This document shows, one piece after another, positions 10,566-20,830 of a stretch of 64,000 nt of DNA. The stretch spans positions 9,542-73,541 of the forward strand of contig JBPCVJ010000001.1 in NCBI GenBank assembly GCA_051010635.1, in the 5' to 3' direction. The position numbers and the translations under genes are program-made. Numbering within the stretch: the first letter of the stretch is position 1; each line of letters begins with the position of its first letter. Source of the stretch: Alphaproteobacteria bacterium (GTDB taxonomy: Bacteria > Pseudomonadota > Alphaproteobacteria > JASGCL01). Under the pieces are notes generated by a model, which did no database searches, was not told the origin of the DNA, and saw only the letters and a list, made by a program, of their open reading frames with translations.

Positions 10566-11498
10566 ATGCAAAAATCACATCGTCCATTTCATCTTACGCC
10601 CTTAACCAATCCAAAGTTTTTATGGTCGGGTGTAGCACCGATGCTGTTGATTATTCTTATTTTTTTGGGCGGACCATTATCCATTATGCTGTTGGTGTCT
10701 TTTCTAACATCTGATTCAACCAGCGGGGTGCATTTTATTTTTTCATTAGATGGTTATCGCCAGATTTTTTTTGAACAAGATTGGGATGGTAATTGGAATT
10801 TTACACTTTCTTATGTTTCTATATTGATAAGGTCGGTGATGATAGCTGGCATTACTACTTTGTTGTGTTTTTTGGCGGGTTTGCCGATAGCCATTTATAT
10901 GTGCGGATTGCCTGATTATAAGAGAAACCTTTTGTTCTTTTTTGTGACCATTCCTTTTTGGACAAATTTATTGGTGCGCACTTATGCTTGGGTCAATATA
11001 TTGGGTAGGGGTGGGGTTGTAGAAGGACCATTCCTTTGGCTACAATTATTGTCGGAAGGTAATTCGTTTAATTTGCTTTATAGCAATTTTGCAGTCGGGA
11101 TTGGTTTGCTTTATAGTTATCTTCCTTTGATGGTGATACCGATTTATGTTAGCCTTGAAAGAATGGACCAGCGATTGCTTGATGCGGCGGCAGATCTTTA
11201 TGCTTCGCGTATGATTATATTGATGAAAATAGTTTTACCTATTGCAAAACCCGGTGTTATTGCAGGTATGGTTTTGGTGTTTGTGCCAGCGCTTGGTGCT
11301 TTTATTGCACCCGCTATTTTGGGGGCAAATAAAAATTTGTTATGGGCAACTTTGGTCGAACAGCAATTTACCACAGCGCGTAATTGGGCTTTTGGTGCGG
11401 CTATTTCTAATTTGCTTTTGTTGGTTGCATTGGTGGTGGTGATTATACAAATAAAACAATCACGCAAAGAAAAACGCAATCTATTGATGGAAAGATAA
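10566..11498 (+). CDS. potB: Polyamine ABC transporter permease
   Basis: 310-aa polytopic protein with an EAA-like loop (LDAAADLYASRMIILMKIVLPIAKPG). Confidence 0.85.
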   Translation: MQKSHRPFHLTPLTNPKFLWSGVAPMLLIILIFLGGPLSIMLLVSFLTSDSTSGVHFIFSLDGYRQIFFEQDWDGNWNFTLSYVSILIRSVMIAGITTLLCFLAGLPIAIYMCGLPDYKRNLLFFFVTIPFWTNLLVRTYAWVNILGRGGVVEGPFLWLQLLSEGNSFNLLYSNFAVGIGLLYSYLPLMVIPIYVSLERMDQRLLDAAADLYASRMIILMKIVLPIAKPGVIAGMVLVFVPALGAFIAPAILGANKNLLWATLVEQQFTTARNWAFGAAISNLLLLVALVVVIIQIKQSRKEKRNLLMER

Positions 11499-11499
11499 G

Positions 11500-12345
11500 A
11501 TGAAAAATATAGTCGCCTTGTTTAAAGCTAAACCTCAACAAGAAAAACCTATGGCTAGGTATTTTTCTGGTAAGCCGTTGCAATGGTGGATGGTTATTTT
11601 TTATGTTTTTCTTTATTCACCGATGGTGGTGCTGGTTTTTTATAGTTTTAATGCCAATCGTTTAGCAACGATATGGACTGGTTTTTCGCTTAAATGGTAT
11701 GAAAAGCTTTTTGCCAATGATGATATTTGGCGGGCGGCTATGAATAGTATTATTGTTGCCTTTACTGCCGCACCGATAAGTGTATCATGTGCTTTGGCGG
11801 CGGCTTATGTGGTGGTGCGTGGCAATGATTTTATAGGTAAGGCTTTGATTATGGTGGCGGTTATTTTACCTTTGATAATTCCTGAAATGGTGTCGGCGGT
11901 GGCGAGTTTGATGTTTTTTTCGACATTAAATATTCAATGGGGTTTGGGTAATGTTATTATTGCCCATACGGTTTTTTGTTTGCCCTTTGCTTTTGTGCCG
12001 CTGCGTTCGGCATTGATGAGCATGGATGCTAATTTGGAAATGGCGGCACGCGATCTTTATGCTTCTGAATGGCAAATTTTTCGCAAAATTACCTTGCCGT
12101 TATTACGCAATGCCATTTTTTCGGCTTTCGCACTTGCCTTTGTTATTTCGCTTGATGATTTTATTATTACTTTGATGGTGGCAAGTGCTGGTTCGGGAAC
12201 TTTGCCTGTTTATATCTATAGTATGATTAGGCAGGGTATTACGCCAGAGGTGAATGCTATATCAACCATTTATTTATTGGTTTCTATTGGCTTGGTTAGT
12301 ATCTATCTTTATTTTTCAAGAAACAAATCCCAGATGGCGCATTAG
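11500..12345 (+). CDS. potC: Polyamine ABC transporter permease
   Basis: 281-aa polytopic protein with an EAA loop (EMAARDLYASEWQIFRKITLPLL). It starts 2 nt after potB. Confidence 0.85.
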   Translation: MKNIVALFKAKPQQEKPMARYFSGKPLQWWMVIFYVFLYSPMVVLVFYSFNANRLATIWTGFSLKWYEKLFANDDIWRAAMNSIIVAFTAAPISVSCALAAAYVVVRGNDFIGKALIMVAVILPLIIPEMVSAVASLMFFSTLNIQWGLGNVIIAHTVFCLPFAFVPLRSALMSMDANLEMAARDLYASEWQIFRKITLPLLRNAIFSAFALAFVISLDDFIITLMVASAGSGTLPVYIYSMIRQGITPEVNAISTIYLLVSIGLVSIYLYFSRNKSQMAH

Positions 12346-12493
12346 ATATTTTAAAAATCAATCATGGTTATGGTGGTTGGCTAGGCAATGTAGATTTTTG
12401 TAATAAATTTTATCATTTGACAGGGAATGAAAATATTGTTAAGGGATTGATGGCAAAATTTTTTTCTGTCATTCATTTGAAAAAATTAGATTT

Positions 12494-13183
12494 ATGAAAA
12501 ATAAAAAAACAAAGTCATCGCAAAAACCTAAAGCGGGTTTGTTTCGTGCCATTGATCAATCGCCTGCCTTATTGATGTTACAGAGTCAGGTGACCAGCCC
12601 TTTTCAAAAGAAAAAAAAAGTACCTGTTAAAAATACAAAGCAGGTGATGCCAGTGAAATTGGTTGCACCCGATCATATTGAGCGCCGTGATTTTCTTAAT
12701 CTTTTAACCGCTGCGTCGGCGGGGGTTGCGGGTGGTGTGGTGATGTGGCCACTGATATCATCAATGAATCCAGCACAAGATGTGTTAGCGGTTGCGAGCA
12801 CTGAGGTTGATATTTCTCAAGTTCCAGTTGGCGGGGCGGTTACCATCAAATGGCAAGGCAAACCAGTTTTTATTCGCCATCGCACCGAACAGGAAATTCT
12901 TCAAGCGGTTGATGGTGATGGTAAGGGACCCGATCCCGAACCTGATAGCGCACGGGTAAAAAAACCTGAATGGTTGGTGCTAGTTGGAATATGCACTCAC
13001 CTTGGCTGTATTCCCACTGGGCAAGTGGTGGGATCTAACCGTGGTGAATTTGATGGATGGTTTTGTCCATGCCATGGATCGCAATATGATATTTCGGGGC
13101 GAATTAGAAAAGGGCCTGCCCCCACCAATTTGGTGGTGCCACCTTATAAATTTTTAAATGACACGACGATTAAAATTGGTTAG
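12494..13183 (+). CDS. petA: Ubiquinol-cytochrome c reductase Rieske iron-sulfur subunit (start uncertain; an ATG at 12647 is an alternative)
   Basis: Tat-like RRDFL anchor plus the Rieske boxes CTHLGCIP and CPCHGSQYD. Confidence 0.92.
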   Translation: MKNKKTKSSQKPKAGLFRAIDQSPALLMLQSQVTSPFQKKKKVPVKNTKQVMPVKLVAPDHIERRDFLNLLTAASAGVAGGVVMWPLISSMNPAQDVLAVASTEVDISQVPVGGAVTIKWQGKPVFIRHRTEQEILQAVDGDGKGPDPEPDSARVKKPEWLVLVGICTHLGCIPTGQVVGSNRGEFDGWFCPCHGSQYDISGRIRKGPAPTNLVVPPYKFLNDTTIKIG

Positions 13184-13194
13184 GAAAAAAATTT

Positions 13195-14460
13195 ATGACA
13201 GAACAGGGTGATATAAAATTTAAAAATCGCTTGGTGAGTTGGATCGACCAGCGATTGCCGGTGTTTTCTTATTTGTATAAGGAATATAGCATTTTTCCAA
13301 TGCCGAAGAATCTAAATTATTTTTGGAGTTTTGGTGCGATGGCAACCATTATGTTGGTGGTGATGATACTAACAGGTATTTTTTTGGCGATGCAATATAC
13401 CCCTCATGTGGATCATGCTTTTATTTCTGTTGAACGCATTATGCGTGATGTCAATAATGGTTGGTTGATACGCTATTTGCATATGAATGGTGCGTCGATG
13501 TTTTTTATGGTGGTTTATGTGCATATTTTTCGTGGTATGTATTATGGTTCTTATAAAGAACCACGCGAATTAATTTGGGTGTTGGGGGTGATTATATTTT
13601 TCTTGATGGTTGCCACTGCCTTTATGGGTTATGTTTTGCCTTGGGGGCAAATGAGTTTTTGGGCGGCGACGGTGATTACCAATTTGTTTTCGGCGATACC
13701 GCTGGTCGGTGATAAATTGGTGGTGTGGTTGCTTGGTGGTTTTTCGGTTGATAACCCAACTTTGAATCGATTTTTCGCCTTGCATTATCTTTTGCCTTTT
13801 GTGATTGTTGGTGTGGTGGGTTTGCATATTGTTGCCATCCACCGTGCCAAATCTAATAACCCGAGTGGTGTTGACCCCAAAGGGGTTCACGATACCGTGA
13901 CTTTTCATCCCTATTATACCTTAAAGGATTCGCTTGGTGTTTTGATTTTTATGATGGTGTATGGATTTTTTGTTTTTTATGCACCCAATTACATGGGGCA
14001 TCCTGATAATTACATCATGGCACAGCCTTTGGTAACGCCTGAACATATTGTGCCCGAATGGTATTTTTTGCCTTTTTATGCTATTTTGCGTTCTATTACT
14101 TTTGATTTTTTATGGATGATACCTGCCAAGTTGGGCGGGGTGATCGCTATGGTGGCATCCATTGGTTTGATCGCTTTTTTGCCATGGCTTGATCGTTCGC
14201 CAGTGAAAAGCTGTCGTTATCGCCCAGTTTATCGTTGGTTTGTTATCGGGTTTGTTGCCGATGTTATTTTGCTTGGTTATTGTGGCAGTCGCCCTGCCGA
14301 AGGCGTTTATTTAATATTTTCGCAAATTGCTACTTTTTGGTATTTTTTCCATCTGTTAATTCTTACGCCTTTGATTGTTAAATTAGAAAAACCATTGCCT
14401 GTGCCGATGTCGTTGGCGCGTGCTATAGAAGACGATATGAAAAAAAGAAAAAGGCAATAG
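13195..14460 (+). CDS. petB: Cytochrome b
   Basis: 421 aa with [18 protein letters not shown] and [13 protein letters not shown]. Confidence 0.96.
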   Translation: MTEQGDIKFKNRLVSWIDQRLPVFSYLYKEYSIFPMPKNLNYFWSFGAMATIMLVVMILTGIFLAMQYTPHVDHAFISVERIMRDVNNGWLIRYLHMNGASMFFMVVYVHIFRGMYYGSYKEPRELIWVLGVIIFFLMVATAFMGYVLPWGQMSFWAATVITNLFSAIPLVGDKLVVWLLGGFSVDNPTLNRFFALHYLLPFVIVGVVGLHIVAIHRAKSNNPSGVDPKGVHDTVTFHPYYTLKDSLGVLIFMMVYGFFVFYAPNYMGHPDNYIMAQPLVTPEHIVPEWYFLPFYAILRSITFDFLWMIPAKLGGVIAMVASIGLIAFLPWLDRSPVKSCRYRPVYRWFVIGFVADVILLGYCGSRPAEGVYLIFSQIATFWYFFHLLILTPLIVKLEKPLPVPMSLARAIEDDMKKRKRQ

Positions 14461-14464
14461 CATC

Positions 14465-15286
14465 ATGAAAAAAATTATTTTTTTATTTTTGATGATGTTG
14501 ATGATGCTAACCCCTCAATTGAGCGGTGCCGCCTCAACCAAAACCTCAAAACTTGATAGACAATCTTGGAGTTGGACGGGCGCGCTGGGGAAATATGATA
14601 AGGCATCGGCACAGCGTGGTTTACAAATCTATACGCAAGTATGCGCTGGTTGCCATTCGCTTAATCTTTTACCATTTCGCACTTTAGAAAAAATTGGCTA
14701 TTCCAAAGATGAAATAAAGGCATTTGCTCGCACCTATCAAATCGAGGAGGTGGCTGACGATGGCAAGGTGATAAGACGCAGTGGTTTGCCATCGGATTAT
14801 TTTCCAGAACCTTTTGCTACCGAAGCGGATGCGCGTCTTGCCAATGGCGGATCCTATCCACCTGATTTATCATTGGTTGTTAAATCTTATAGTCTTGGTC
14901 GTGGTAATTTATTTTTGAATTTTGTTGATGCTTTGCTTATTCAAGGCGATGCATCTGGTGCTGATTTTATCTATGGCATTTTGACAGGTTATGAAAATCC
15001 ACCCAGCAATGTTGTGATGAATGAAAATATGTATTTTAATAAATATGCAGGGCAAATTTCTATGCCACCACCTTTGGTTGATGGTATTGTTTCTTATAGC
15101 GATGGCACAAAAAATGATGTCAAACAAATGTCTTATGATGTGGTAACTTTTTTGGCATTTGCTGCCGAACCTAATTTAGAAGAATCACGCTATATGGCAT
15201 TAAAATTCTTTATGGTATTGTTTGTGATTTATTATTTGGTGTATCGTGTTAAGAAAAAGAAGTGGCGTGAATTAGACGATTATTGA
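14465..15286 (+). CDS. petC: Cytochrome c1
   Basis: Signal peptide, CAGCHS heme-binding motif and a C-terminal TM anchor. Confidence 0.92.
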   Translation: MKKIIFLFLMMLMMLTPQLSGAASTKTSKLDRQSWSWTGALGKYDKASAQRGLQIYTQVCAGCHSLNLLPFRTLEKIGYSKDEIKAFARTYQIEEVADDGKVIRRSGLPSDYFPEPFATEADARLANGGSYPPDLSLVVKSYSLGRGNLFLNFVDALLIQGDASGADFIYGILTGYENPPSNVVMNENMYFNKYAGQISMPPPLVDGIVSYSDGTKNDVKQMSYDVVTFLAFAAEPNLEESRYMALKFFMVLFVIYYLVYRVKKKKWRELDDY

Positions 15287-15296
15287 ATTGGTGATA

Positions 15297-15863
15297 ATGA
15301 AAATTAATGCTGGGTCACTAAAACCAAGTTTTGTTATTGAACATCTTGGTAAAATTTGGCGGGTGGTGAAAACCCATCATGTCAAACCGGGCAAGGGGGG
15401 GGCTTTTTGTCAAAGTGAATTAAAAGATGTGATATCGGGTAGTAAATTGAATGAACGATTTCGTTCTGAAGATGCGATTGAAAGGGTATCATTGGAGCAG
15501 GTTGATTATCAATTTTTGTTTCATGATGGTGATAATTTTACTTTTATGCATCCACAAAATTTTGAACAAATTGTTTTGCATAAAGATGATATTGGTGATG
15601 ATTATATTTCTTTTTTACAAGATGGCATGGTAGTGATGGTAGAAAGTTATGAAGGAAAAATTATTGGTGTGTCTTTGCCCGAACATGTTACGATGGCAGT
15701 TATAGAAACTGAACCAGTGATTAAGGGGCAAACCGCCGCCGCTTCTTATAAACCAGCTATTTTGGAAAATGGTGTGCGTATTATGGTGCCGCCCTATATT
15801 GCGGGTGGCGATAATATTGTGGTTAATGTTTATGAAAAAACATTTGTTGAACGCTCTAAATAA
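15297..15863 (+). CDS. efp: Translation elongation factor P
   Basis: MKINAGSLKPSFVIEH...HHVKPGKGGAF matches the EF-P N-terminus. I chose the ATG at 15297 rather than the TTG at 15288. Confidence 0.93.
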   Translation: MKINAGSLKPSFVIEHLGKIWRVVKTHHVKPGKGGAFCQSELKDVISGSKLNERFRSEDAIERVSLEQVDYQFLFHDGDNFTFMHPQNFEQIVLHKDDIGDDYISFLQDGMVVMVESYEGKIIGVSLPEHVTMAVIETEPVIKGQTAAASYKPAILENGVRIMVPPYIAGGDNIVVNVYEKTFVERSK

Positions 15864-15926
15864 AAATGCTGTATGATAAAATCGTGGTTTGCTTTTTTAT
15901 TGATAAAAAACTATAACAATGATGCT

Positions 15927-15998
15927 GGGTGTATAGCTTAAGGGTAGAGTAGCTGACTCTTAATCAGCTTGTCGAGAGTTCGAATCTCTCTACACCCT
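15927..15998 (+). tRNA. tRNA-Lys (anticodon CUU)
   Basis: Hand-folded cloverleaf with acceptor gggtgta/tacaccc, anticodon stem gctga/tcagc, loop ctCTTaa, and T-arm gagag-ttcgaat-ctctc. CCA is not cleanly encoded. Confidence 0.85.
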
Positions 15999-16034
15999 CC
16001 CAAAAATTTGAATATTGATTTAATAAAAAATTTT

Positions 16035-16628
16035 ATGAAACAAAAAAATAATTATTTGATAGTGGGCGTTATATTGGCGGCTATTTTTTTATTGATAGCA
16101 TCAATGGTAGAATCTAAAACAATATCGTCATCAATCATAGATCTGGCACAGGCTACAGACAAAAAAAATTCACATGAGGCAAAAGAACCCATGATAAAAT
16201 CTGTTGGTGGTTTTATTAAACCAAATTTTGAAGTTTTAACTTATCAAAAATCAAAAACCAATCAACATTATCAATTGGATTATTTATTTGGGTTTTATAC
16301 AGGTTATAGTGCAAAAAATTTTAATGTTATGTTGGGGTTAAATTATTTTTGGGAAAAAAACCTTATTTTTATTTCTACCGCTACCGATTATAAAATAAGT
16401 TTAGATCTATTGCATTTTTTATTGGGTGGAGAATTGGGCGGGGGATATAAGGCTGCCCCAGCCTGTGCCCGCTGTAAATTCCAATTTATTTTTGCTCCCC
16501 GATTTGGTCTTGCCTTTGATATAGGTCATCATAGCTCGCTTGGTTTGATTAGCAAAATTTATATAAATTTTCATGAAATTACTACGCCCTATTATGCTTT
16601 GGGTCTAGAGGCACGGATCGGTTTTTAA
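16035..16628 (+). CDS. Small outer-membrane beta-barrel-like protein
   Basis: N-terminal hydrophobic signal, an alternating aromatic/Gly-rich pattern, and a C-terminal ...EARIGF ending in Phe. The start is trimmed so that it does not overlap tRNA-Lys. Confidence 0.55.
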   Translation: MKQKNNYLIVGVILAAIFLLIASMVESKTISSSIIDLAQATDKKNSHEAKEPMIKSVGGFIKPNFEVLTYQKSKTNQHYQLDYLFGFYTGYSAKNFNVMLGLNYFWEKNLIFISTATDYKISLDLLHFLLGGELGGGYKAAPACARCKFQFIFAPRFGLAFDIGHHSSLGLISKIYINFHEITTPYYALGLEARIGF

Positions 16629-16645
16629 AAAAAAGAGATATATTT

Positions 16646-17188
16646 ATGAAAAACATATCTATGAAAAAAATATTTTTTATATTTTTGCTATGGATTTTTT
16701 TTAATTTTTTAGCAACATCGGCAATGGCGCGTGATTGGCGCAGTGGCTTTTTTTCTGAAATAGTAACTGAGGCAGTTTTTTTTCCAAAAAATCAGCAACC
16801 TGATTTATTGGTAGCACCATCATTATCATTTATCAGTGGATATCAAGCAAAAGATTTTTCAATTAATGGTGGCTTCGCTTATTATTTTTCAAATTTTTTT
16901 GGTCAGCGTGATATGCTGGCACAATTTGGTGGCGAATATAAAATTCGTAGCAATATCACTGATACTAGTTTTTTTGCTTTTGGTATAGGTGGGCATTTTG
17001 CACGCAATGTTTTTACCAATAACATCAGGGGTGATGGAGAAGTTACATATTTTTTTATCCCTGATATTTTATTTGATTTTTATATCGGTAATTTTTTCAT
17101 TAGTATCAAGGGCAAAACCTATGTGCCAATAAAAACATCACCCGAATTGGGTTATAGTATCGGTGGCGGGATAGGTGCGGTATTTTAA
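16646..17188 (+). CDS. Small outer-membrane beta-barrel-like protein
   Basis: Signal peptide ending SAMA, a Gly/aromatic-rich body, and a C-terminal GGGIGAVF. Confidence 0.55.
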   Translation: MKNISMKKIFFIFLLWIFFNFLATSAMARDWRSGFFSEIVTEAVFFPKNQQPDLLVAPSLSFISGYQAKDFSINGGFAYYFSNFFGQRDMLAQFGGEYKIRSNITDTSFFAFGIGGHFARNVFTNNIRGDGEVTYFFIPDILFDFYIGNFFISIKGKTYVPIKTSPELGYSIGGGIGAVF

Positions 17189-17219
17189 TTCTTTTGATAA
17201 AAGAATGATGCACCATGCT

Positions 17220-18554
17220 TTAGTTAAGAAATTCTTCTAACCAATGGATGGTGTAATCACTTGATTGAAATTCGGGTGTGGCAAGGATGCGTAAATGCAA
17301 GGGGATAATGGTTTCGATCCCCTCAATAGAAAATTCGGTCAAAGCCTGAATGGTGCGCTGAATAGTTTGTTGGCGATTATTGCCATGCGTGATTAATTTT
17401 GCCACCAAAGAATCATAATAGGCAGGAATGCGATAACCTGTATAGGCGTGGCTATCAACCCTTACACCCAAACCGCCTGGTGGATGCCAACGGGTTATTT
17501 CACCCGGATGTGGTTGAAATGTTTCGGGGCTTTCAGCATTGATACGGCATTCGATGGCATGACCATGGATATGGATATCTTTTTGTTCTAAATTAATTTT
17601 ATCACCAGCACAGGTTTTTAATTGCAATTCAACCAAATTATAACCAGTGATCATTTCGCTAATGGTATGTTCAACCTGTAATCGGGTATTCATTTCAATA
17701 AAATAAAATTCATTATTTTCATATAGAAATTCAAATGTGCCCGGTCCTAGATAGCCCATTTCTTCAACAGCTTTTTTGGCACGATGGCAAATTGATTCAC
17801 GCAAATCATTGTTAAGTGCTGGGCTTGGTGCTTCCTCTATGACCTTTTGGTGGCGACGCTGAATAGAACAATCGCGTTCATAAAAATGCCAACCGCGCCC
17901 TTGCCCGTCCCCCAATACTTGCACTTCTATATGCCTTGGTTTTTGTAAATATTTTTCTAAATAAACTCGGTTATCAGCAAAGGCCGCTTCAGCCTCTTGG
18001 CGACAAATATCATAATTCTTATCAAGGTCAGTTTCATTCATACATACTTTCATACCACGACCGCCACCGCCTGATGCGGCTTTCAAAATAATTGGATAGC
18101 CAATTTTTTGTGCCAATTTTTTGGCTTCGGTTAGATTTTCTACCGACCCATCTGAGCCAGGAATAATTGGCAAACCATAATTAATAGCGGCGGTTTTGGC
18201 AGTAATTTTATCACCCATCATATCAAGATGTTGTGGCGATGGACCAATAAAGGTAATGCCAAGCTCTTTGGTTTTTTTTGCAAAAGAAGAATTTTCTGAT
18301 AAAAAACCGATACCCGGATGAATGGCATCAACATCTGCAATAAATGCGGCTGACAATAGATTGGGAATATTGAGGTAAGAATTTTTTGGTTGCGGGGCGC
18401 CGATACAAATTGATTGGTCAGATAAAATAACTGGTTTTGATTCTTGGTCTGCGGTTGAGTGGGCAACCACGGTTTCAATACCCAATTCACGAAAACTGCG
18501 TAATAATCTTAAGGCAATTTCACCGCGATTGGCTATCATAATTTTTTTGAACAT
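17220..18554 (-). CDS. accC: Acetyl-CoA carboxylase biotin carboxylase subunit
   Basis: MFKKIMIANRGEIALR start, an ATP-grasp domain, and GGGGRGM. Confidence 0.96.
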   Translation of the reverse strand: MFKKIMIANRGEIALRLLRSFRELGIETVVAHSTADQESKPVILSDQSICIGAPQPKNSYLNIPNLLSAAFIADVDAIHPGIGFLSENSSFAKKTKELGITFIGPSPQHLDMMGDKITAKTAAINYGLPIIPGSDGSVENLTEAKKLAQKIGYPIILKAASGGGGRGMKVCMNETDLDKNYDICRQEAEAAFADNRVYLEKYLQKPRHIEVQVLGDGQGRGWHFYERDCSIQRRHQKVIEEAPSPALNNDLRESICHRAKKAVEEMGYLGPGTFEFLYENNEFYFIEMNTRLQVEHTISEMITGYNLVELQLKTCAGDKINLEQKDIHIHGHAIECRINAESPETFQPHPGEITRWHPPGGLGVRVDSHAYTGYRIPAYYDSLVAKLITHGNNRQQTIQRTIQALTEFSIEGIETIIPLHLRILATPEFQSSDYTIHWLEEFLN

Positions 18555-18611
18555 CTTATTTTAAGCGATGATTGATGGTCTGTTTTTGATTATAATATTT
18601 GATAATTATTT

Positions 18612-19073
18612 TTAAGATATAATCACCAATGGCTGACCAAATTCCACTGGATCTTCATTATCAACCAAAATGGCAGTGATCGTTCCTGCATTGGTGGCAG
18701 TAATTTGATTCATGACCTTCATGGCTTCCACTATCATCAATACCGCACCAGATTTTACCTTGTCGCCAATTTTAATAAAATTTGCTTCGCCCGGTTTTGG
18801 TGAAAGATAAACCGTGCCTACCACTGGCGATTTTATTGCCCCTGCGACATCGGCAGAATTTGGTGATGATGTGGCGGCGGCAACGATGGGTTGTGGTATG
18901 GTATTATTGTTTGGTGTGGCTATGGGCGATGCTTCCATGCGTGTGCCACGATCAATTTCTATGGTTGAATCTCCGTTTTGGATTTTTACTACTGCTAGAT
19001 TTTTTTGCTCCATCAATTCAATAATAGATTTTAATTCTGCCAAATTGATGTTTTTGATTTTTTTATCCGCCAT
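18612..19073 (-). CDS. accB: Biotin carboxyl carrier protein
   Basis: EAMKVMN biotinylation motif and a Pro/Ala linker. It lies upstream of accC. Confidence 0.94.
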   Translation of the reverse strand: MADKKIKNINLAELKSIIELMEQKNLAVVKIQNGDSTIEIDRGTRMEASPIATPNNNTIPQPIVAAATSSPNSADVAGAIKSPVVGTVYLSPKPGEANFIKIGDKVKSGAVLMIVEAMKVMNQITATNAGTITAILVDNEDPVEFGQPLVIIS

Positions 19074-19118
19074 GATATCCCTTCATTTATTTGCTTATTA
19101 TAATTTCTGAATAAATTT

Positions 19119-19574
19119 TTATTGACTCTCACCATTAAGCAATTTTGCTAGAAAATGCAAGGCAAAATAATAACCATCAGCCCCCGCACCAATAAAAATT
19201 GCCCGTGCTACCGAACTGATATAAGAATGATGACGAAATTCTTCACGGGCAAAAATATTAGATAGATGCACTTCGATAGTCGGTAGGGCTGATAATTTTA
19301 TAGCATCGTGAAGTGCAATCGAGCTGTGGGTTAGGGCACCTGCATTGATAATAAGCCCTTTGGTATTTTTATCGGCGCTCATGGTTTGGATGGTGGCAAC
19401 CAATTCATGTTCAGCATTGCTCTGTTTGTGGGTGATGGTAAAGCCAAGTTCGGTTGCCAATGTTTCGCTATTTTTTATAATCTCATCAAGGGTTGTATTG
19501 CCGTAGATAGCGGGTTCGCGTGTGCCTAACATATTTAGATTTGGACCATTCAATATTAATATGCTTTTTTTCAT
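19119..19574 (-). CDS. aroQ: 3-dehydroquinate dehydratase, type II
   Basis: MKKSILILNGPNLNMLGTREPAIYG and IEVHLSNI. The start is trimmed to the ATG at 19574. Confidence 0.92.
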   Translation of the reverse strand: MKKSILILNGPNLNMLGTREPAIYGNTTLDEIIKNSETLATELGFTITHKQSNAEHELVATIQTMSADKNTKGLIINAGALTHSSIALHDAIKLSALPTIEVHLSNIFAREEFRHHSYISSVARAIFIGAGADGYYFALHFLAKLLNGESQ

Positions 19575-19660
19575 ATTGACGAACCTAAAACTTTTAAAGC
19601 TAAAAAGCAAGATTGAAAACTTAATTGAAAGATAGCGAAAAAACCATTATAGGTTAATTT

Positions 19661-20809
19661 ATGACGATAGATATTGGGGGTTATAAAAAAATAATTGTTA
19701 AAGTTGGTTCGGCATTGTTGGTGGCCAATGATGAGCAAAATCACCAAGGCGGAATAAGGCATGCTTGGCTTGAAACTTTGGCCGCCGATATTGCCGATAT
19801 GAAAAAAAAAGGTCATCGTGTGGTGGTGGTATCATCTGGTGCGTCTCCATTGGGTAGAATGTTGGTGCGTCAATCAGCAAAATTAGAAAGCACTGCCGAG
19901 TCGTTAGAAATGAAACAGGCGGTTTCAGCCATTGGTCAAATACCATTGATGGCGGCATGGCGTGATGCCTTTGCCAAACATCAACTTTTGGTGGCACAAA
20001 TTCTGCTGACCCAACAAGATACTGAGGAGCGCCATCGTCATCTTAATGGTCGTGCGACAATAGAAAATTTATTATCGCTTGGCGTGATACCCATTATTAA
20101 TGAAAATGATTCGGTGGCAACCGATGAATTGAAATATGGCGATAATGATAGATTGTCTGCACGGGTTGGTTCGATGATCTCTGCCGATTTATTAATTTTA
20201 TTATCGGATGTTGATGGGCTTTATGATAAAAATCCTAAAATTAATAAAAATGCAAAACATATTGACAAGGTTGATAATATTACTGAATCTATAATGAATT
20301 TGGCACGCACCTCGCATGATGTGCGGGGCACGGGCGGTATGATAACAAAATTGTTGGCAGGTAAAATTGCCAATGGTGCAGGTATGGATATGATAATTAC
20401 CGCTGGTTTGCTAGATTATCCATTACAAAAATGTTTAGCCAATGAAGTAGCATCAACTATTTTTTTTAGTCGTGTATCAGCCATGACGGCACGCAAAAAA
20501 TGGATAGCTGGTTTGTTAAGCCATGAGGGCGAAATGGTGATAGACGATGGTGCTTTAAAAGCCTTGCAAGCAGGGAAAAGTTTATTATCGGCTGGTGTGC
20601 AAATAATACAAACCAAATCAGGTTTTGAAAAAGGTGCGGCTATATTGATAAAAAATTTAAAAAATCAACGGGTTGGGGTGGGGCTGATTAATCATGATAG
20701 TGTTGATGCCATAAAAATGGTTGGTAAAAAATCAAGTGAGATAAAAAAAAATTTTGATAGATTAATGAAAACTGAATTAATAGATCGTGATAATTTGGTG
20801 TTGGATTAG
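19661..20809 (+). CDS. proB: Glutamate 5-kinase with a C-terminal PUA domain
   Basis: IIVKVGSALL, VVSSGA, INENDSVATDELKYGDND and GTGGM. Confidence 0.94.
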   Translation: MTIDIGGYKKIIVKVGSALLVANDEQNHQGGIRHAWLETLAADIADMKKKGHRVVVVSSGASPLGRMLVRQSAKLESTAESLEMKQAVSAIGQIPLMAAWRDAFAKHQLLVAQILLTQQDTEERHRHLNGRATIENLLSLGVIPIINENDSVATDELKYGDNDRLSARVGSMISADLLILLSDVDGLYDKNPKINKNAKHIDKVDNITESIMNLARTSHDVRGTGGMITKLLAGKIANGAGMDMIITAGLLDYPLQKCLANEVASTIFFSRVSAMTARKKWIAGLLSHEGEMVIDDGALKALQAGKSLLSAGVQIIQTKSGFEKGAAILIKNLKNQRVGVGLINHDSVDAIKMVGKKSSEIKKNFDRLMKTELIDRDNLVLD

Positions 20810-20830
20810 TCATGATGATTAAAAAAAACA

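Noticed and set aside
15969-16034. An N-terminal extension of the 219-aa ORF that overlaps tRNA-Lys
   Set aside because: The extension is read through the tRNA gene. A Met at 16035 followed by a signal-peptide-like helix gives a sensible start.
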